From: Terracoccus sp.
GTDB lineage: Bacteria > Actinomycetota > Actinomycetes > Actinomycetales > Dermatophilaceae
Assembly (NCBI GenBank): GCA_040007275.1
Contig: JBDTVJ010000002.1
Location: 749 to 64,748 of the forward strand
DNA length: 64,000 bases
Reading direction: 5' to 3'
Positions 58,900 through 64,000 of the stretch are shown in pieces. The notes beneath the pieces were generated by a model. It was given only the letters and a program-made list of their open reading frames with translations. It ran no database searches and was not told where the DNA came from. The first letter of the stretch is position 1, and each line of letters begins with the position of its first letter. The translations under genes and the position numbers were made by a program.

Positions 58900-60003
58900 A
58901 TGCAGCACGCTCGACGAGGCTACCTCTGGCCGACCGGGTCCGGGCGGCGCTCCCGCACCCTGGTCGCTGCGATATCCGCCGCCGGCGCCGTGGTCGGGGC
59001 TCTCGTGCTGGCGGCCTGCGGTTCTCCGGCCGCCGAGCGCACGACGTTCAGCCCAGCGCCCGCAGCAGCCCCGACCCGGTTGCGCGCAGCGTTCGACCTC
59101 GAGGCGCACCGTGGCGGCGCGGCCCTCACGACCGAGAACAGCTTGGCGGCCTACGGTCGGGCCCTCGACCTCGGCGTCTCCACCCTCGAGCTCGACGTGC
59201 AGGTGACGAAGGACCTGCACGTCATCGTCTCGCACGACACCCGCGTGAACGAGGCCAACTGCCGTGACACGTCGCCGGCCGCGGCGGGCGACCCGCTCTA
59301 CCCCTACGCGGGCAAACCATGGCGCCTGCTGACCCTCGCCCAGGTCAAGACCCTGCAGTGCGGCTACCAGGTGGACAAGGCCTTCCCGAAGCAGACCGCC
59401 GTCGTGGCTGCGATACCTGAGCTGGCCGATGTGTTCGCCCTGCTGAAGAAGCGCGGCGCCGACAACGTGTCGGCCAACGTCGAGATCAAGAGCCGGGCCG
59501 ATGACCTCGAGGTCACCGTGCCCCGGGACGTCTACGCCCAGCGCACCTGGGCGGTCATCACGGCGGCGGGAATGAGCGACCGCGTGACGATCCAGTCGTT
59601 CGACTGGGAGAGCCTCAAGCAGGTTCATGCCATCGCCCCCCGGGCCCGTCTCGTCGCCCTCAGCTCGCGCGACCAGCTCCAGATCGGGTCGCCCGAAGCC
59701 TCGCCCTGGCTTGGCGGGGTGGACGTCGACGACGTCGGAGGCAGCCTCGCGCGGGCGGCGAAGACCATCGACGGGGTGGTGGCCGTGTCACCCGAGTTCA
59801 CTTTCCCGGTCGACGCCGCCATGGTGGCCCAGGCTCACGCCGCCGGCCTCACGGTCATCCCCTGGACCGTCGACCTGGCCGACGACATGACACGCCTGAT
59901 CGACCTCGGCGTCGACGGCATCATCACCAACCACCCCGACGTCCTGCGAAAGATTCTGCAGGAGAAGGGCATCGCCGTGCCGAGGCCCCACCCCGCGGGC
60001 TGA
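58900..60003 (+). CDS. Glycerophosphodiester phosphodiesterase lipoprotein
   Basis: Lipobox LAAC; AHRGG, EN, ELDV, SHD, EIK, QSF, WTV, GVDGIITN. Confidence 0.92.
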   Translation: MQHARRGYLWPTGSGRRSRTLVAAISAAGAVVGALVLAACGSPAAERTTFSPAPAAAPTRLRAAFDLEAHRGGAALTTENSLAAYGRALDLGVSTLELDVQVTKDLHVIVSHDTRVNEANCRDTSPAAAGDPLYPYAGKPWRLLTLAQVKTLQCGYQVDKAFPKQTAVVAAIPELADVFALLKKRGADNVSANVEIKSRADDLEVTVPRDVYAQRTWAVITAAGMSDRVTIQSFDWESLKQVHAIAPRARLVALSSRDQLQIGSPEASPWLGGVDVDDVGGSLARAAKTIDGVVAVSPEFTFPVDAAMVAQAHAAGLTVIPWTVDLADDMTRLIDLGVDGIITNHPDVLRKILQEKGIAVPRPHPAG

Positions 60004-60027
60004 CCGGCCGAGAGGGATGATGAAGGG

Positions 60028-60720
60028 GTGACGCCGTCGATCGCTTCCCAGACCGGGTCGCCCGCCGCGGCCGGGCGGTCCACCTACCACCACGGAGACC
60101 TGCGCCGCGCGCTGCTCGACGCTGGACTCGACCTCGCCCGCGAGGGTGGACCGGATGCCGTGGTGCTGCGTGAGGCGACGCGGCGGGTCGGGGTGTCGGC
60201 CAACGCGGCCTACCGTCACTTCGTCGACCGCGACGCACTGCTCGACGAGGTCGTCTCGCGGGCCCAGTCCCTTGCGGCCGACGTCATCTCCGCCGAGATC
60301 GAGGCGGTCGGGGGTGGGGCAGAGGCGGGGCCGCGCGCCCGGGCCCGGTTCCGCGCGGTCGGCGTCGGCTACCTGAGGTTCGCGATGAGCGAGTCGGGCC
60401 TGTTCCGCACCGCGTTCGCCGTGCCCACCGACCTGAGCAGGTCGGCATCACCCGAGGCCGCCGGAGCCTGTGGTCGCACGCCGTTCCAGCTGCTGGGCGA
60501 CACGCTCGACGAGATGCTGGAGATCGGCGTGCTGCCGCCCGACCAGCGGCCCGGCGCCGAGATGTTGGCGTGGTCGGCCGTGCACGGTCTGGCCATGCTG
60601 GCCCTCGAAGGGCCACTGCGCGACCTGCCGCCCAGCTTCGTCGAGGAGATGGCACCACGGCTGGTGCGCATGGTCGACCTGGGCCTCGGGGTGAGACTGC
60701 CCGACGCGACCGGCTCCTAG
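60028..60720 (+). CDS. TetR-family regulator (WHG type)
   Basis: YHHGDLR..LRE.TRR.GVS..AAYRHF; WSAVHG. Confidence 0.92.
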   Translation: MTPSIASQTGSPAAAGRSTYHHGDLRRALLDAGLDLAREGGPDAVVLREATRRVGVSANAAYRHFVDRDALLDEVVSRAQSLAADVISAEIEAVGGGAEAGPRARARFRAVGVGYLRFAMSESGLFRTAFAVPTDLSRSASPEAAGACGRTPFQLLGDTLDEMLEIGVLPPDQRPGAEMLAWSAVHGLAMLALEGPLRDLPPSFVEEMAPRLVRMVDLGLGVRLPDATGS

Positions 60721-60729
60721 GCTGGTCCG

Positions 60730-61551
60730 GTGACCCCCGAGCCGCCCGTGCCCTTCTCCCTCGACCCGTCGACTCCGGCCTTCTACCGCCGTGTCGGGGC
60801 CGACCTGTTCGAGCCCACCCTGCAGGCCCAGGGCGCCTGGCGGGTCGATGAGCAGCACATGGCTCCCGTGAGCGGCATCCTCGTTCACGCCATCGACGCC
60901 CACGAACCGCGAGACGGTTTGCAGCTGGCGCGGGTCAACTTCGACATCCTCGGCTTCATCCCCGCCCGGCCCAGTCTGGTCACGGTGCGCACGTCGAGAC
61001 CCGGCCGCACCATCGAGCTCGTCGAGGCCACGCTGTCGGTCGACGACCGGGCCGTCGTGAGAGCCCAGGCCTGGCGGTTGTCGACCCACGACAGCTCGCC
61101 CGTGGCCGGGGTGGAGCTCGACCCCATGCCCGGTCCCGAGGCCTTCGAGCCGTGGGCGGGTAGCGCCACGTGGGCCGGTGGCTACATCGCCGGGCTTCAG
61201 ATCCGCTCCGACCCCACCGCGCGGCCCGGTCGTACGCGGGCGTGGATCCGCACCGACAACGCCCTCCTCGACGGCGAGCCCTGCTCGCCCACCGCTGACC
61301 TCGTGCGGCTCGTCGACACGGCCAACGGCATCGCCGTGCGGGCCTCACCCCTCGAGTGGATGTTCCCGAACGTCGACCTCGTCATCCACCTGTTCCGGGA
61401 GCCGGTGCCCGGGCCGACTGGGTGGGTCGGCTTCGACACCCGCGTGACCATGGGCGCCACCGGCCTGGGGCTCACCTCGACCACGCTCCACGACGAGCAG
61501 GGGCCGGTCGGTCGGGCCGAGCAGATCCTCACCGTGCGCCGCCTCGGCTGA
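60730..61551 (+). CDS. Thioesterase family protein
   Basis: QGAW...EQHM, RPGRTIEL, DTANG, FPNVDL..HL.R. Confidence 0.88.
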   Translation: MTPEPPVPFSLDPSTPAFYRRVGADLFEPTLQAQGAWRVDEQHMAPVSGILVHAIDAHEPRDGLQLARVNFDILGFIPARPSLVTVRTSRPGRTIELVEATLSVDDRAVVRAQAWRLSTHDSSPVAGVELDPMPGPEAFEPWAGSATWAGGYIAGLQIRSDPTARPGRTRAWIRTDNALLDGEPCSPTADLVRLVDTANGIAVRASPLEWMFPNVDLVIHLFREPVPGPTGWVGFDTRVTMGATGLGLTSTTLHDEQGPVGRAEQILTVRRLG

Positions 61552-61598
61552 CATGACGCCGCCACCCACCCCGTTAGCCCCCCCCAGCAAGCCCACCA

Positions 61599-61680
61599 CA
61601 GCCCACTGAACGCAGCGTTCGCTCTCGAACTCACTGTTACAACAGCGCTTTCGAGCACGAACGCTGTGTTCAGTGGGCTG
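61599..61680. repeat. Long imperfect inverted repeat (REP-like / bidirectional terminator)
   Basis: CAGCCCACTGAACGCAGCGTTCG..TCGAA pairs with TTCGAG..CGAACGCTGTGTTCAGTGGGCTG; lies between convergent genes. Confidence 0.8.
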
Positions 61681-61694
61681 GGTGGGGGGTGGGG

Positions 61695-62129
61695 CTACTC
61701 GATGGTGGCCGAGACGTCGGCACCGAGCATGATCGTGCGGCTCACCGTGCAGAACTCCTCGTGGCTGCGCCGCACCAGGCTGGGCAGGATCTTGCGGGCT
61801 GCGTCGCCACTCTCGCCCTCGGGGAAGCGCACCCGGAAGGTGATCTCGATGTCGTTCAGGTGGTTACCGTTCTCATCCTTCACCTTGTCGGCCGTCACCT
61901 CGATCTCGAAGCTCTCGGGCTCGGCCCGACGGCTCGTCACCGTGTCGACGTCGACCGCGGTGCAGCCCGCCACCCCGGCGAGCAGCAGCTCGACCGGCGA
62001 CAGCTCGCCGGTGCCCGAGCTCGTCGTGATGGCGCCGCCGCGCCCGTTGCGCACGGTATAGCGACCCACGCTGTCGCGGGTCAAGGTCACGCTTCGCTCG
62101 TCTCTGGCGTCGGGCCGGTCATCGCTCAT
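61695..62129 (-). CDS. OsmC family protein
   Basis: SPVELLLA..AGC and FCTVSRT cysteines. Confidence 0.88.
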   Translation of the reverse strand: MSDDRPDARDERSVTLTRDSVGRYTVRNGRGGAITTSSGTGELSPVELLLAGVAGCTAVDVDTVTSRRAEPESFEIEVTADKVKDENGNHLNDIEITFRVRFPEGESGDAARKILPSLVRRSHEEFCTVSRTIMLGADVSATIE

Positions 62130-62191
62130 GCCATCAGCCTCCCAGATCGCCGCAGACCGCCGGGCCGGCATCCGGCATCGTCGTCAGCCCG

Positions 62192-63205
62192 TCACTGCCA
62201 CGCGTCGGCCAGCAACTCGAAGGTGCGCAGCCGGGCGTCGTGGTCGTAGGCACCACAGGTCACGATGACCTCGTCGACCCCGGTGGCGCCGGTGAACTCC
62301 TCAAGCCGGTCGCGCACCTGGTCGGCAGTGCCCACGAACGAGACCCGGACCATGTCTGACACCATCGCGCGCTCGTTCGGCGTCCACGTGGCCATCAGCT
62401 GCGCGACGTCACCCTCGGGCTTGGTCAGGCCCGTGCGCCGGCCGGTGATGATGCCGTGGAAGCGGCTGAGCACGCTGGTGAAGAGGCGCTCGGCCTCCTG
62501 GGCGGTGTCGGAGACCATGACGTTGGCCGCCGCCATGGTGCGCGGGGCGTCGAGGCCGTTCGGCTGTGTGGAGGGCTGGAAGCGGGTGCGGTACACCTCG
62601 AGGGCGCTCATCAGGGCGGCCGGGGCGAAGTGGGAGGCGAACGAGTAGGGCAGACCCATCGCGGCGGCCACCTGGGCACCACCGTGGCTCGAACCGAGGA
62701 TCCAGACCGGCACGTTGGTCCCCTCGCCCGGGAACGCCCGCACCTTCGCCTCGGCGTCGGGTGCACCCAGGAAGCCGATCAGCTCCTCCACCTCGCCGGC
62801 GAAGTTCACCGCGGCGGCGTCGTTGCGGCGTAGCGCCCGGGAGGTGAGCGGGTCGGTGCCCGGCGCCCGTCCCAGCCCGAGGTCGATGCGGTCACCGTGG
62901 ATGGTCGCGAGGGTGCCGAACTGTTCGGCCACGACGTAAGGCGCGTGGTTGGGCAGCATGATGCCGCCGGCCCCGACCCTGATCGTGTCGGTGCGGTCGG
63001 CGACGTGCCCGATGAGCACCGCCGTCGAGCTCGAGGCCACTCCGCGCATGTTGTGGTGCTCCGCCATCCAGTACCGCTGGTAGCCCCACTGTTCTGCGTG
63101 TCGCGCGATATCGACCGTCGACTCGATGGCCTCGGCCGCAGTTCCGTGCTCCACCACGGGGACGAGATCGAGGATGTTGAGCCGGGCGCGCGTTGATGAG
63201 GTCAC
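62192..63205 (-). CDS. LLM-class flavin-dependent oxidoreductase
   Basis: [31 protein letters not shown]. Confidence 0.93.
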   Translation of the reverse strand: MTSSTRARLNILDLVPVVEHGTAAEAIESTVDIARHAEQWGYQRYWMAEHHNMRGVASSSTAVLIGHVADRTDTIRVGAGGIMLPNHAPYVVAEQFGTLATIHGDRIDLGLGRAPGTDPLTSRALRRNDAAAVNFAGEVEELIGFLGAPDAEAKVRAFPGEGTNVPVWILGSSHGGAQVAAAMGLPYSFASHFAPAALMSALEVYRTRFQPSTQPNGLDAPRTMAAANVMVSDTAQEAERLFTSVLSRFHGIITGRRTGLTKPEGDVAQLMATWTPNERAMVSDMVRVSFVGTADQVRDRLEEFTGATGVDEVIVTCGAYDHDARLRTFELLADAWQ

Positions 63206-63288
63206 GACTGCGACAACCCGCCGCCCCGGTCGAGGTATTCCGCCGCGCCCGGGCGCCGCCGCATGCTTCGACCAGTGCCGACAACGGG

Positions 63289-63807
63289 TCAGGGCAGTTT
63301 CAGCTGACCGATCTGGTCGCTGTAGTCGGGGCAGAACGCCCGGATGCCGGCAGCCATCAACGCCTTCGTACGTAGGGCGTCACCGGAGTTGCCCAGCGGC
63401 CGGCCGCTGTCGTCGACCGCGAGCTGACGAAGCTGGATGCCGCCGTTCTTCAGCGCCCAGCACGTGGCGGTGCCCGACTCGAGATCGTCGTTGAGGCTCG
63501 CCGCCGCAATCGCCGCCCCCTGCCGGTTGGCGTCGAGCACGAAGTCGGCCTGTTCGGCAGTGATGTCGGGCTTGGCCGCCGCGATGTCAGGGGGCAGGTC
63601 GTGCAGGTTCGCTGGGGCGCTGCACCCTGCGAGGCCCGCGAGTCCCGCGAGTCCCGCGAAGGCGAACGCGCCGAGCAGCACCCACCCGACACGCGCCGCC
63701 CGGAGACGGAGCCTGACCGCCGGGCGGTCGAGGTGTTGTGCCTCGCTCGGCCGCAACGGTTCTCGACAGTCGGGGGCAGTGTCGGTGGGGGCCATGGGGA
63801 TCTCCAT
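63289..63807 (-). CDS. Hypothetical lipoprotein (DUF732-like)
   Basis: LAGC lipobox after an (AGL)x3 repeat; paired Cys (GTATC..AFCP); start uncertain. Confidence 0.6.
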   Translation of the reverse strand: MEIPMAPTDTAPDCREPLRPSEAQHLDRPAVRLRLRAARVGWVLLGAFAFAGLAGLAGLAGCSAPANLHDLPPDIAAAKPDITAEQADFVLDANRQGAAIAAASLNDDLESGTATCWALKNGGIQLRQLAVDDSGRPLGNSGDALRTKALMAAGIRAFCPDYSDQIGQLKLP

Positions 63808-64000
63808 CGCTACTCTGAACGCGTGACGGAGCCCGATCATCCCCCGTCGTCGCCCGAGGCCGTCGACCGCCTGCCCGGTGAGCGGTTCTCCCTCGCCTCC
63901 GATGCGCCCTTGGCCCGCGGGGCCCTTGCCGTCTCGATGGTTGGCGTGGTTTTCGGGTTCGTCTTCTTACCGCAGCTGCTGGCCCTCGCGCTCGCGGGCC

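Overview
High-GC actinobacterial chromosome segment (Micrococcales/Intrasporangiaceae-like by gene content; inference). No rRNA, tRNA or CRISPR array was seen. The left ~31 kb is an accessory, partly decayed region. It holds a nucleotidyltransferase-like gene, a TnsA-like transposase scrap, a Phd/RelE-type toxin-antitoxin pair, and an intact IS110 element. The IS110 ends, circle-junction promoter, palindromic target and bridge-RNA guide loops can all be reconstructed from the sequence. It also holds a two-component/ABC module, three lipoprotein esterases, an ECF sigma/anti-sigma/ABC operon, a large ATP-binding LuxR (LAL) regulator with three recognisable operator-promoters, and many pseudogenes. 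The right ~33 kb is mostly metabolic: USP, FMN lactate oxidase/dehydrogenase, heliorhodopsin, sulfite oxidase, amino-acid permease with a binding protein and a CBS/nucleotidyltransferase, zwf, broken phoD, DsbA, amine oxidase/aminotransferase, ldh, GDPD, TetR, OsmC and an LLM oxidoreductase. All product calls come from motif recognition by eye; no database search was run.
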